From positions 116,312,001 to 116,376,000 of the forward strand of contig NC_043003.1 in the NCBI RefSeq assembly GCF_006345805.1: DNA of 64,000 bases, read 5' to 3'. The notes below the pieces were generated by a model. The model did no database searches. It was not told the origin of the DNA and saw only the letters and a program-made list of their open reading frames with translations. Each line of letters starts with the position of its first letter. Positions within the stretch are counted from its first letter, which is position 1. The DNA comes from Octopus sinensis. Lineage: Eukaryota. The translations under genes and the position numbers were made by a program. Of this stretch, positions 26,986-38,769 are shown piece by piece.

Positions 26986-27597
26986 GGAAATCCGTTGGAA
27001 AAACAAAAACAGAACAGAGGCAGAGCAAAAAACAAATCGAACTGTGCTCCTAAGAGCCCATGGCGAAACTGTTTATCAGTGTATGTTGAGAACCGGTGGC
27101 TGAAGAATTCAACAGGTCAGGCATCGGTCAACATGTGGGTGAGGGTGTATAGATGTTCTTTGTGACCGAGAATAAAGTTCTGACTATTTAAAGAATATTG
27201 GATGTTTTATAAGGGGCGAGAAAAAATCTACTTAGAGACGTGTGTTGTGTATACTGTTCTATATATGTGTGTGTTGGCGTATGGGTAGAAAACATTTTTT
27301 GTGTACGTGTGTGCGTTTGATCGTTCGGCTGTCAGTGGCTACTGCCGTGATAACCGTTGGGTGGCAGAAAGAAAAAAAAATAAGAATATATATATATTTT
27401 TATATGTTTTATGTGTGTGTGTGTGTGTTCATCTAAGCCTACCTTGACAAGGAAACCCCCCGCTGTGAAAAACCAAGCCCCGTTTGTCTTACAGGAGTAA
27501 TTTCCCTTGCAGTGGTTAATTGTAGATATCTTAAAATCTATTTCAGAATTTGTTACCAAGGGCTATGGGTGCCGGTCTTATTTATAAACGCTATTTA

Positions 27598-29060
27598 AAG
27601 GCCAGATAAGTGTAACGCCGCCAATGGGGGCATCGAAAAGCCGACTGTAAGAGCCCGTTTACCATCCGGCCTCTGGCAAACAAAATATGGAAGAGTTCGG
27701 AGACAAAAGTTGCACTGTCTTCTGCCCCTATCAAATGGGAGGGCCACCGACAAAATTGACCATTCCAGCCTATAGCTTAAGTTCGCATCCTTCAGTCGCC
27801 ATATTAGCTTACTGAGTCCCGTGGTCTGGCGCTTGTTCACGTCCCGAAAAGTTGCGTAATGGTTGGAGACACGCAAAGACAATCTTGAGGATGATGCCCC
27901 TATATAAGTGAAGGCATCTGAGTCCGTGTAAACCTTGCATTGGTAGACGGCGTTTCTGATCTTGGAGTTCGCCGACGTGAATCTTACTCTGCTAGGATTG
28001 GTTTCTGAAATTAGAACTGCGTTCCTGTCACTATATTCGTTCCGAGACCTGCAGCCGCTTACTACTCTATTTTCCACTACGTCACTATTAACTATAGGAA
28101 TAACCCCTGATTCTCCACTATCTATCAGAGTGCTGTCATTGCTACTGCCCGTGGTACTGCTATTGCGGGAAATGTTGCTGGGGATGCTAAAGGGGCTCTC
28201 TACCCTACTCCCATTGTTACCATCAACCACAACACCCCTATTTATAACTATACCCCTAGTGGGTACTCCCTGGCTGGAGCTGAGATTATGTGTCACTGTA
28301 CTGGCTCTCATATCATTATTACTACTATAATTATTCCTACTGAGCATTAAACCGGGAGCGGAAGAGGCTGTGCCTCCGGAAAAAGGTGATAGGGTCTTAG
28401 TAAGTAGCCTATTATTATGGGAGGCGATTATCTGGGCGAGGTTTTTAGTGTTGGAGAAAGCTATCCTAACTTTATGTGAGTTAACCGTGGAGTAATATTT
28501 GGAATTTCTGGGGAAGTTATTGGCGATGGCTTGTCTAAACATGAGGGGGAGGTTAGTTCTAATCTGCTTACCAAAGGGGATTACAAACCATATATGCTTA
28601 TTCCTATCAGTGTGATGGGTCGGGACGCCAGCTCTCGCATTTGGGTGGGTGATTCTCGGATGAATAACGGGTCTTGGGTTAGTGTAAGACCTCCCGGACC
28701 GATAATTATCCTTGTTCGCTAAATTAAATGCGGGAGCGACTACCCCGGTATCCGCGCGCTCCCGTCCTTACTTAAAATGTTAATGTTATTATATACGGCC
28801 CTATCCTGATGACCGAATGATGGCATCGGAAGGGCCGGATCAATATAAATTACCTTCTGCCTATAACCGGCCTTGGATAGTGCGGCGTTATAAAAATCCG
28901 CTTTCTGCATAAAAATATCGGCACTGGCGGACAGGCCAGACAATCTTAGAGAGATGTTTTTAACCAAATTGTCTGTTACGGTTTTGGCATGATTTGAGAA
29001 GACACTGACATACTTCAAATTAGTGGAAGGCTTATGGTAAGGGCAGTATGAGTCGCTATT
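27598..29060 (-). pseudogene. Penelope-like RT thumb + GIY-YIG endonuclease, two frameshifts
   Basis: YCPYHKPSTNLKYVSVFSNH…RLSGLS…F…YNAALSKAGY; IWF.IPF…TN…F…I…FP…HNNRLL; AVYQCKV…YIG…R…H…LSKLIWRLK…W.IL…CNFCL. Frameshifts near 28770 and 27682; the shifted frame gives ELFHIL…FRCPHWRR…*. Confidence 0.88.
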
Positions 29061-29110
29061 GTGTTTTTTGCTCTGCCTCTGTTCTGTTTTTGTTTTTCCA
29101 ACGGATTTCC

Positions 29111-29206
29111 TTTTTTCTTCCTGAAGAGAAAGACACAATATGGTCCCATTATTCAATCGGATTTTGGTAATTTGTGCCTTTCGAAACACGTGTAGAATGA
29201 AATAAA
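29111..29206 (+). ncRNA. type I hammerhead in inverted pseudo-LTR copy
   Basis: ttttttcttc-CTGAAGA-gaaagacacaa [33 nt] ttgtgcctttc-GAAAC-acgt-GTA-gaatgaaataaa: 10/11-bp stem II, palindromic CACGTG stem III. Confidence 0.8.
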
Positions 29207-29255
29207 ACGATTTCTGCTCAATCTGCGTTCAGCTCCATTTCTTCAATTCACCAAT

Positions 29256-29290
<35 letters not shown>

Positions 29291-29293
<3 letters not shown>

Positions 29294-29420
29294 CAAATCA
29301 ACTCACAAGGCTTGGGTTGGCCCTAGGCTATGGTAGAAGACACTAGGCCAAGGTGCCACGCAGTGGGACTGAACCCAGACCCATGCGGTTGCTAAGCAAG
29401 CTACTTAGCACACAGACATG
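29291..29420 (-). mobile_element. SINE family B, 5' part
   Basis: Reverse complement of the family B head and CORE-like region. Confidence 0.75.
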
Positions 29421-30504
29421 TATATTATATTATATTATATACCTGTATAGAGGAAGTATCGTAGAGATTGACAGCGTAGCATGCACACATCGACAGGATC
29501 TGCTGGCAGCTGACCATAACTTGCCACTCCTCCGCAACACATTTTCCATCTCACACGCACACGTGTACACGCAGAAACACATGTATTATGCGTGCATGGT
29601 TATTAGTACTAGCACGCGCACGTGCGCGTGTGTAAACGTGACTGTGCGTGTATGTGTATGTATATATATATACATGCATACAACGACACATACATATATA
29701 TTTGTACACACATACACACACACACACACATATATATATATATCACTAACACTGAGGCATAACACAAACATATATATACACATATATACATATACATACA
29801 TTATATATATATATATATATACACGCATACAAATATTTATATATATATATATATATATACACACGCATACATATATTTATATATATACATACATATATGC
29901 ATGCATATGTATCTCAACAAACACTTAGGCATAACACAAACATACATTCATATTCATGCGCATATATACACTCGCTAAGCTGATGTATACACCTACACAC
30001 ACAAACACACACACTCACTTACAAATACGCACCCACACTACAAAATTTCCACTTCACGTACCTCATGCCTCACCTTATACACACCTTACCTATCTTCAAC
30101 GTTTTCCCCCTCCCTGCCCACCATAACACATCGTTTGTCCGTTCAATAAACCAACACCCCAACTGTCCCCTTCATCTCAAGGGACAGTGACTCATCACAC
30201 ACAATGCTGGATTTCAAAATGGTGAGCAAATTCTCTTTCCGTTATAGAGTTGGCAACTTATCGTAGCGCTCCTTCCCGCCCACTCACAGTCACTCTCCGC
30301 TCTCTCTCTGTTTCTCTCTCTTTACTACTCTCTCACTTTCTACCTCATTCTCATGTACCCACATAGACACCACCTCTCTAAATATTATTCTATCGTCGCC
30401 TCGCTCTCAATCCCTCCATCATCTTTCATCTTTCTCTCTCTCTCCGCTCACGCCTGGAATCTCAGTCACTTTCTTTCTTTCTCTCTGCCAGCCTCTTACT
30501 CTGT

Positions 30505-30550
<46 letters not shown>

Positions 30551-30827
30551 GAGAGAGAGAGAGCATATGTGTGCGTATGCATGTGTTTGCATTCTCTTAT
30601 GTGTGCATACATATATATGTTTATATACACATACACACATATACATATGTGTGTATGTACGTATACATATATATCTATATATATATATATATACACTCTC
30701 ACACATACACACACACACACACAACACACACACACACATATATATATACTGTGAGAGAGAGAGAGAAGCAGAGACAGAATAAGAGAGTGAGTGAGAAAGA
30801 CAGACAGGCAGGCAGACAGACACATAG

Positions 30828-31046
<219 letters not shown>

Positions 31047-31282
31047 TGACGCATATGTCGTCCCCGTAATCTTTTAACTCTCATGCTATAATCCTCTCGT
31101 ACCCTAATCATTGGCAGCTGCAATTAAAAGTTTTAAAAGTCATAAGAGCAACAACAACAAACATAACAAAATCGAAACAACGTGTATAATATCATAATTA
31201 ATAATGGTAATAATAATAATGATGCTAATAATAATAATAATAATAATAACAACAACAACAACAACAACACAACAACAACAAC

Positions 31283-31337
<55 letters not shown>

Positions 31338-31349
31338 CGATATAAACGT

Positions 31350-31620
31350 ATCTGTCAAGACCTACCAGAAACTGAGCAAATATAAAGATCTGGAAATAGA
31401 AATCAGCAAAATGTGGAACCTGAAGACTAAAACAATACCTGTTGTCATAGGTGCCCTGAGAATGATAACAAAAGGGGCTGATTGCTACCTAACTCAGATA
31501 CCAGGAAACCCAAAAATAGCAGAAATTCAAAAGATAGTGCTCATGGGAACTGCTCATATCCTATGCAAAATACTTACTATGTAATCTCAAGTTTTAAAAC
31601 AAACATAATTTTCGTATGGA
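31350..31620 (+). mobile_element. R4/Dong-type LINE 3' fragment (second family) after (TAA)n
   Basis: Translation KLSKYKDLEIEISKMWNLKTKTIPVVIGAL…IQKIVLMGTAHILCKIL*; homolog at 38068. Confidence 0.8.
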
Positions 31621-31883
31621 AAGGTTCGAGTCAACGGAGCGTGCAAGGGAGTACTCGACTCGAACCTTGCAAAGTAGGCTGGATTGTAGCCTCACTTCTA
31701 TACAAGAGGGAGGACAAGATACAATTGATCGAAATTGCAAGAGACGGGCTAACAATTCCAGTCTGTTATATATTTTGAGTATTGTTATCACTAGCGATAT
31801 CAAGATATAACTTTGTATTTTGTATCTTATGTGTAGATGTATATATATATATATACTTTATTTTAAGCAGCAGAAAATTCAAC

Positions 31884-31931
31884 AAAATCTGTTACTCTGA
31901 GTTTCTCGTTGCCGTTCATCAGACAGTTTTT
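31884..31931 (-). ncRNA. minimal type I hammerhead motif, left palindrome arm
   Basis: Reverse complement of 33463-33510. Confidence 0.7.
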
Positions 31932-32189
31932 GCTAGAATGGAACCGATATATCAATTCAATCTATACTCTTACAAACGCTACACCTTTAAAAAGAAATGG
32001 ACTTGTTTGATTGGCCCTTTAGAAAAAACGGTCAATCTTCGAGCGATAAACAAAAAGGTCAAAAATATATGTATATATATATAAAAACTTATAAAAATTA
32101 TAAAAATTATAAAATCCGAGGAAAAAACCTTACATTGAATAAAATACATATTGACGTTAATGAAGAAAGTGCAAATTAATGCATAGAAA

Positions 32190-33082
32190 AGTGGCGTGCC
32201 TCAAGGTTCAGTGCTTGGGCCCTTGTTGTTCTTAGTCTTCATAAATGACTTGCCCAACGACCTCACGCAACACACCCTTCTATTTGCTGACGATATCAAA
32301 CTGGTCGCTCCTCGCGGTAGTATAGAGGATCTTCGTCGATGCCTCCACCAAATTTGGAAGTGGTCTAACGATTGGGACCTGTGTCTGAACGTGTCAAAGT
32401 GCTGTCATCTGCCTGTCGGCTCTACTCCTGCAACTCAACTTGATTTCGAGCCGGGTCGTCTGCTGCTGGAGAGGACCGATCAGGTAAAGGACCTGGGTAT
32501 CTTGGTGGATTCCTCCTTTTCGCCTTCGGCCCAGTGCGTCCATGCTGCCAACAAAGCGCGCGGAATTCTGTTTTTGATTCGACGGTCATTCGGAATGCTC
32601 ACAGCAGCCATATTCCTGCCACTCTATGTCACGCTGGTGAGACCCATATTAGAGTATGGGATTCAAGCCTCTTCTCCTTATCTCCTCAAAGACATACAGC
32701 ACGTCGAAAGAGTCCAGAGGCTGGCTACCCGCATGGTTCATGGTCTCAAAAATTTGTCCTACGAAGAAAGGCTGAGGACGCTCGACCTTTGTTCTCTTGA
32801 AAAACGCCGCCGCCGTGGTGATCTCATTCTCGCCACAACATCATAAGCGGGAAGTGTAACCTCTCGAAAGAGCTGTTCTTCACTCTTGCTCCGGAGCGTC
32901 GGCTGCGGGGTCATTCCGAAAAGCTCTACCTGCGACGATTTCATCTCAATCGAAGGAGAGGAGCTTTCTCCGTCCGGGTTGCGGATCCGTGGAACAAGCT
33001 GCCAGACGAGAAGGTGAAGATGCCGACGACCGCTTTGTTCAAAGCCTCCCTGGACCTCAAGTGGCCTGAACTCTTTACATGA
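32190..33082 (+). pseudogene. CR1/L2-group reverse transcriptase C-terminal part, one frameshift
   Basis: SGVPQGSVLGPLLFLVFINDLP…LLFADDIKL…KDLGI…RPILEYG…ERVQRLATR…LEKRRRRGDLI; after a shift near 32835: RGHSEKL…R…FSVRV…WNKLP. Confidence 0.92.
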
Positions 33083-33162
33083 ACACCACCCTGTACTTAA
33101 CTCCATGTCCCCCTACATGGCCTTGCTATTTGCTTTTGAGCCAAATTAACTAACTAACTAAC
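32190..33162 (+). mobile_element. 5'-truncated CR1-type LINE with (TAAC)n tail
   Basis: RT C-terminal ORF, 3' UTR shared with 1180 and 55157, tandem tail. Confidence 0.92.
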
Positions 33163-33462
33163 TAAACCTGTTATAAATATTACACTGCAGTGTAATATTT
33201 ATAACAGGTTTAATTTCTATGCATTAATTTGCACTTTCTTCATTAACGTCAATATGTATTTTATTCAATGTAAGGTTTTTTCCTCGGATTTTATAATTTT
33301 TATAAGTTTTTTATATATATATACATATATTTTTGACCTTTTGTTTATCGCTCGAAGATTGACCGTTTTTTCTAAAGGGCCAATCAAACAAGTCCATTTC
33401 TTTTTAAAGGTGTAGCGTTTGTAAGAGTATAGATTGAATTGATATATCGGTTCCATTCTAGC

Positions 33463-33510
33463 AAAAACTGTCTGATGAACGGCAACGAGAAACTCAGAGT
33501 AACAGATTTT
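33463..33510 (+). ncRNA. minimal type I hammerhead motif, right palindrome arm
   Basis: aaaa a ctgt-CTGATGA-a cg GCAA cg a-GAAAC-tcaga-GTA-acag a tttt. Stem II is only 2 bp plus a GNRA loop; near-palindromic ACTC-A-GAGT stem III. Confidence 0.7.
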
Positions 33511-34146
33511 GTTGAATTTTCTGCTGCTTAAAATAAAGCATATTACTCTACCACTGGTATTTGAGTACTCTTTTTTCCACCTTGTTTCACATTTATGTGT
33601 TTACTCCGGTATATATATATATATATAGATGTACATGTAATATGTACATACATATATATATACACACATATATACATGCCCTAGCACTATTTTCCGAATG
33701 AAAAGATGTATTTTAACAGACTGTCACCTCCGTCGCTTGCTCAAAACGTGTGAACACGCTCACCACACTGACAAATCGCTACACTACACATGAGTAAGTA
33801 ATACTCATTAAAAGTGTTGGACTAAATCCGAATAAGTACATATTGGACTATATCCGATTAAGTACACATCACAAACACGTACGTACGTAAAGCAATTAAT
33901 TACGTATACAACCAACCCAGTATTACATGAACACATCTTAATATTTCAAAGTAACATTAAGTAATGTATAAACAAGTGCCCACACGCACATAAGAGAATC
34001 GAATAAAGACAAGTATTTGTCCTTATTGATCACAAAAGCATTAAACAGATCTCTCTCTCTCTCTCTCTCCCCCCTCTCTCTCTCTCTCTGTATATATATA
34101 TATATAATATATATATATATATTTTGTGTATATGTGGGTGTTATAG

Positions 34147-34298
34147 ACGACTTCTTTTTGTTTCCGTGTACCAAATGCACTCACAAGGATTTGGTCGGCC
34201 CAAGGCTATAGTAGAAGACATTTGCCCAAGGTACCACGCATTGGGACTGAACCCGGAACCATGTGGCTGGTAAACAAGCTACTTACCAACACAGCTAC
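34147..34298 (-). mobile_element. SINE family B, 5' part
   Basis: Reverse complement of the family B head. Confidence 0.8.
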
Positions 34299-34345
34299 AC
34301 ACACACATTTATATATATATTATATATATATATATATATATATTT

Positions 34346-34403
<58 letters not shown>

Positions 34404-34969
34404 ATACACATACACCACGTCATTAAACAAATATATATACGCTACCCCACGGAAAAAAGGGCTGGATATTAATTTTTATTTGTTTCTTTTATCGCATTTG
34501 ACTATATTCATTTCCTTCTATCAAATTGTCTTCACTAACAGATACGACCCGGAGCCTAGAACTAACGCGAAAGTTTTAATGACAATTAGCCAAAACTCAT
34601 GTCCGATCAGAGGAAACATTAACAATAATATATAGTAGAAAAAATGAAAATATTAATATCAATGATGATAATGATAGTACAAAATGAAAGGAAGCGGTTG
34701 GAATCTCCCCATGACATGATCGATGATACGTCTACTGATGGTATCACAATAAAAAGACTGGTAATTGCGCAACCTGATAATCGCTACCTCATATGAGTGA
34801 CAATGAAAACACAAAAAGTTTTTGCATTTTCCAGTGGTGTTCGCTGTCAATTATTTTAACTTCAACCCACAGGGGGGAGTGGTCTCCATTTTTCCATAGC
34901 ATGGTATGCAAAAGAAAATGCCACAGAACCACTATTGTTGGAAGTAAGGTCAGGCCTGTGTAGGATGAA

Positions 34970-35860
34970 AGATTGCAAAGATAAAGCATATACAAGCAAT
35001 TGAAAACGAATGAAACTGAAAATAGGTGGGTAAAGAAAAGAATGCTTGGACAATTTCATAGGAATGTTGAATATAAGACAGACAGAGAAAAAAGACGGCT
35101 ATGGATGTCTAAATGGGATTTAAAATCGGAAACGGACGCTCTAATCTGTGCTGCGGAGGAGCAAGCATTAAGAACCATCTACATCAATACAGAATATACA
35201 ACACAGCAGAAAGTGATAAGTGCAGAATCTGTGGACAAAACAGTGAAACCAGCCAATGCACGCCACTAGCCCAGAAGGAATATAAGAGACGCCACGAAAA
35301 TATAGCCAGGCTTGTCCATTGGACACTTTGCAACAAGTATGGGCTTGACAGAGCAAAAAATTGGTACAACCACAAACCTGAAGGCGTCGTCGAAAGTAGA
35401 GATGCAAAGATCCTATGGGATTTTATGATTCAGTGCGATTGGGAGATAGAGAATAGGAAGCTGGACATAGTCTTCATTGAGAAAGAAAACAAAGAAAACA
35501 AACTATGCTGGATCATAGAAATAGCATTCCCAGCCGACAACATGGTATGCGATAAGGAAGAAAAAATTGAGAGATATGACAGGCTAGCTTGGGAAGTTAA
35601 GCAGTTGTGGTCGATGAAAAAGGTTGCAGTAGAACTAATAATTGTCGGAGCCATGGGAACAGTGAGCAAAAATCTCGAGAAGTACGTTGTAGAAATAGGG
35701 GCTGCAATAAGGGTGGGGCACTTGCAGAAAACAGTACTGCATGAAACCGCTCGAATACTCCGGAAGTTGCTCGAAAAATAAGAGGTGTTACCTTAGTTCA
35801 CTGGTAGTGAACAGCTGACGCTGTAATACATCTCTAGCGTTAGAAGCTGTGCAAATGCAA
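34970..35860 (+). mobile_element. R4/Dong-type LINE 3' fragment: CCHC-type knuckle and RLE endonuclease, followed by (ATG)n(TAA)n
   Basis: GQFHR…LW…DLKSET.ALICAA.EQAL; CRICG…C.PLAQKEYKRRH; ILWDF.IQ.D…RK.DIV…IIEIAFPAD…K…Y…L…W…GA.G…LQK…ARILRK*. Frameshift near 35180. Confidence 0.88.
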
Positions 35861-35900
35861 TGATGATGATGATGATGATGATGATGATAATAATAATAAT

Positions 35901-35988
<88 letters not shown>

Positions 35989-36584
35989 CATTCTACTATA
36001 GGCACAAGCCCTGGAATTTGGGAGAAGGGGTTAGTTGATTACATCGACCCAGTTCGTAACTGGTACTTATCTCATAGGCCTCAGTAATATTAATCATTTC
36101 TTTTATTAGCCACAGGGACGTAGATGAGAGGATGACATCCCAAGGGCAGACACCAATCTGCGTGGAAAATGATGGAGTGGAAAATTGGAAAAGACAGTAC
36201 AATGCAATAAAATTCTATATTGTATACGACATGTGTGACAAGAGGAATGAGTTGTCCTATTGATACAGGCGAAACTCTAATGTCAATGAAAGAACCCTGT
36301 AGATCCAGGATTACACAGGCCCCTCAATGCACGATTTCGCTCTCATATTTCCCAAACTACTAGCGCATACTCAGAGTAAAGCTAATCAACCTATCTATTT
36401 TTACAAATTCACTTGTGGGTCGCACTCTCCTCGTCACTCTCACACAATCTTCCTAGAGAAGAGAGCTTCAATGAAGAGTAAGTTGTCTTTCTTCAATCGT
36501 TTCTGCCTCACCCACCACAACCTGGGTGTTGGGGGTGATACGTTCGATGGATTTGGCTGATAATCGGATCCAATAATCTTTTCT

Positions 36585-36760
36585 AATCTAGGCACAAGGC
36601 CCGAAATTTTGGAGGAGGGGGCCTGTCGATTAGATCGACCCCAGTACACAGCTGGTACTTAATTCATCGGAATTTGAACTCAGAACGTAGCGGCGGGCGA
36701 AGACGAAATACCGGAGAGCATTTCGCCCGACGTGCTAACGTTTCTGCCAGCTCGACGCCT
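36585..36760 (-). mobile_element. SINE A' copy, internally deleted
   Basis: Minus strand AAGGCGTCGAGCTGGCAGAAACGTTAGCACG… head and A' tail. Confidence 0.75.
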
Positions 36761-36873
36761 TAATCGATTCCAATAATAATGATGATTATAATACTAACTG
36801 AATTACTATGGCGATTACTGCTGTGTAAAGAAAGATAGGTGACCTTGTAATTATTCTATCCAAAGCAGTAACT

Positions 36874-37323
36874 GGATCATTTCGGTTTGAAAGGCAGTTT
36901 TTTCTAGTAGTGTCATATGAAATTGTCACCCATAATTATGACCCTAGTATTGATCTATTGCATTTCAATCTGTTTTAGTGTTAGGATTAGTTAGGGTTAG
37001 GTATAGGCTTAGGGTTAGGGGCAGGGGTGGGGGGAAGGGTATCTTTTTTTCTTCACAAATGTAAATAAACCCAATCTGGTTCTTAAACGAGGGACATATT
37101 CATACGGCACAGAATGTTTTTTACTTCATTACACGTCATTGATTGGTTGAAATTGCAGAAATTGAAGAAAAAAACAACAAATATCTTACAAACTATAGAA
37201 TTTTCTCAATAAAGCCAAGAGAAAAAGATATTTTATAAACACATTCTACCTGTATACGAAGTTAAAATTTTGTTAGTTACCTAGAAATTATGTTAAAAAC
37301 TGCCGTTCAAACCGAAAAGATCC
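36874..37323 (+). mobile_element. non-autonomous TIR-type element with internal TTAGGG-like repeats
   Basis: TIRs GGATCATTTCGGTTTGAAAGGCAGTTTT / AAAACTGCCGTTCAAACCGAAAAGATCC; degenerate TTAGGG units at ~36980-37020; homolog at 20445. Confidence 0.7.
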
Positions 37324-38014
37324 TAGTAAGTTTTCATGTATCGTTGATTGCCCCTATAGTTTTTAAGTTACATTGTCATTAAGTTGCATTGTCATTAAAG
37401 CGAGTGTCAGTAGTGTACTAAAGCGTCGTGTCAATCGACAGTAGAGTGTCCGAATTAATTCGTAGATTTTGCCGACGAAATAAATCAATATTGATTGCCG
37501 TTTGAAATGTGGGTTAGCTGGTGCTATCAACAAAGCACTTGGGCTGTCGCATTAAGTTCCACCCCCACAACGATCTGATTTCTAATCCCATTACAATCAA
37601 CTAAAGGCAGAATTTCTTTGTTTTATCATTTTTCCCATTATACGCTAAACCAAATATTCTAGCTTTGTGAGTGCATTTCATTATAATTAACATATTTATG
37701 CGTGGGCGTTTAAAAAAAAAATATTGCTGTTTTATTTTTGCCTCTTTACTAAATATAAATCACAACCGATATTATCTCGTACACGATGCAACATCTTGAG
37801 TATCTGTAGGGTTCCATGATGTTATTCCATACCGGAGCGACTACATCATAGATGTATTCACATACTTGGTATACTCTATGTATACAACATGTACTTTTAT
37901 CGCATTTCCCCACACAGCTTCCTTTACCCGCCAACACAGTATCTTTTATGTAAATCCACACGCAGATTATAAACTGGCCTTATAATGTACGTATCTTGTG
38001 TGGCACGTGGTGCA

Positions 38015-38067
<53 letters not shown>

Positions 38068-38070
<3 letters not shown>

Positions 38071-38335
38071 AACCCCAAAATGGCAGAAATTCAGAAGATA
38101 GTGCTCATGGGACTTGCTCATATCCTATGCAAAATACTTTCTATGTAATCTCAAGTTTTAAAACAAACATATTTTCGTATGGTTTTTTAGGCTTTCACTA
38201 GTACAACACTAAGTACAAAACCAAATATATGGCACACTAGGCATAACACTAACATGAACTTTCAACTTGTTGTCTCTTGAGGTCTCTGGGCGGGACATGG
38301 AGCCAGCTTGTGCAAATGTAAAGCAAAAGTCAAAC
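38068..38335 (+). mobile_element. R4/Dong-type LINE extreme 3' end with (TAA)n on both sides
   Basis: Same ORF end as 31500-31620 plus 3' UTR. Confidence 0.8.
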
Positions 38336-38428
<93 letters not shown>

Positions 38429-38537
38429 TAATAATAATAATAATAACAATGAGTTTCTTTGCCCTAGGAGTCGGCAAGACACTCGGCAAGAAAGGGAAGC
38501 AAACTTGAAAGAAGAAGAAAAACCCATAAATAATAAC

Positions 38538-38586
<49 letters not shown>

Positions 38587-38587
<1 letters not shown>

Positions 38588-38765
38588 GTCTCTCATAGCT
38601 TCTGATCTTAACGGTTTGGAAGTGTTATCATGTACATTGTTTTGTCTGGGCATAAAAGATGGCTACCGCAAATATTCTGCTTAATACCACAGTTTAGCTT
38701 GTCAGTTACTTGACCTTAACCAGTCGAGTATGTCCTTTAGCGGCTGACGATATGTGCATTTCTAT
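38587..38765 (+). mobile_element. family E repeat fragment after (TAA)n
   Basis: Homologous to the minus strand of 10680-10790. Confidence 0.55.
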
Positions 38766-38769
38766 GATA

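Larger units (their letters stand above)
26690..29264 (-). mobile_element. 5'-truncated Penelope-like element (C-terminal GIY-YIG type) with inverted pseudo-LTR at the 5' end
   Basis: 203-bp inverted repeat 26832-27034/29062-29264 (one mismatch seen), RT-thumb and GIY-YIG translations, HHR in each repeat, (TA)n flanks. Confidence 0.9.
31856..33538. repeat. ~350-bp-arm spacerless palindrome (hammerhead-bearing repeat, inverted) interrupted by a CR1 LINE
   Basis: 31856-32189 + 33163-33187 is the reverse complement of 33188-33538; symmetry axis in CTG|CAG at 33187/33188. Confidence 0.9.

Noticed and set aside
28806-28812. Isolated CTGATGA/CTGANGA heptamers (also 2400, 2636, 14529, 25756, 38744, 49739, 63155)
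   Set aside because: No GAAA strand or pairing stems nearby.
26690-29264. Assignment of the Penelope-like element to the Naiad clade or as a selenoprotein
   Set aside because: The endonuclease is C-terminal to the RT (Naiads have it N-terminal), and no in-frame TGA at Cys positions was seen.
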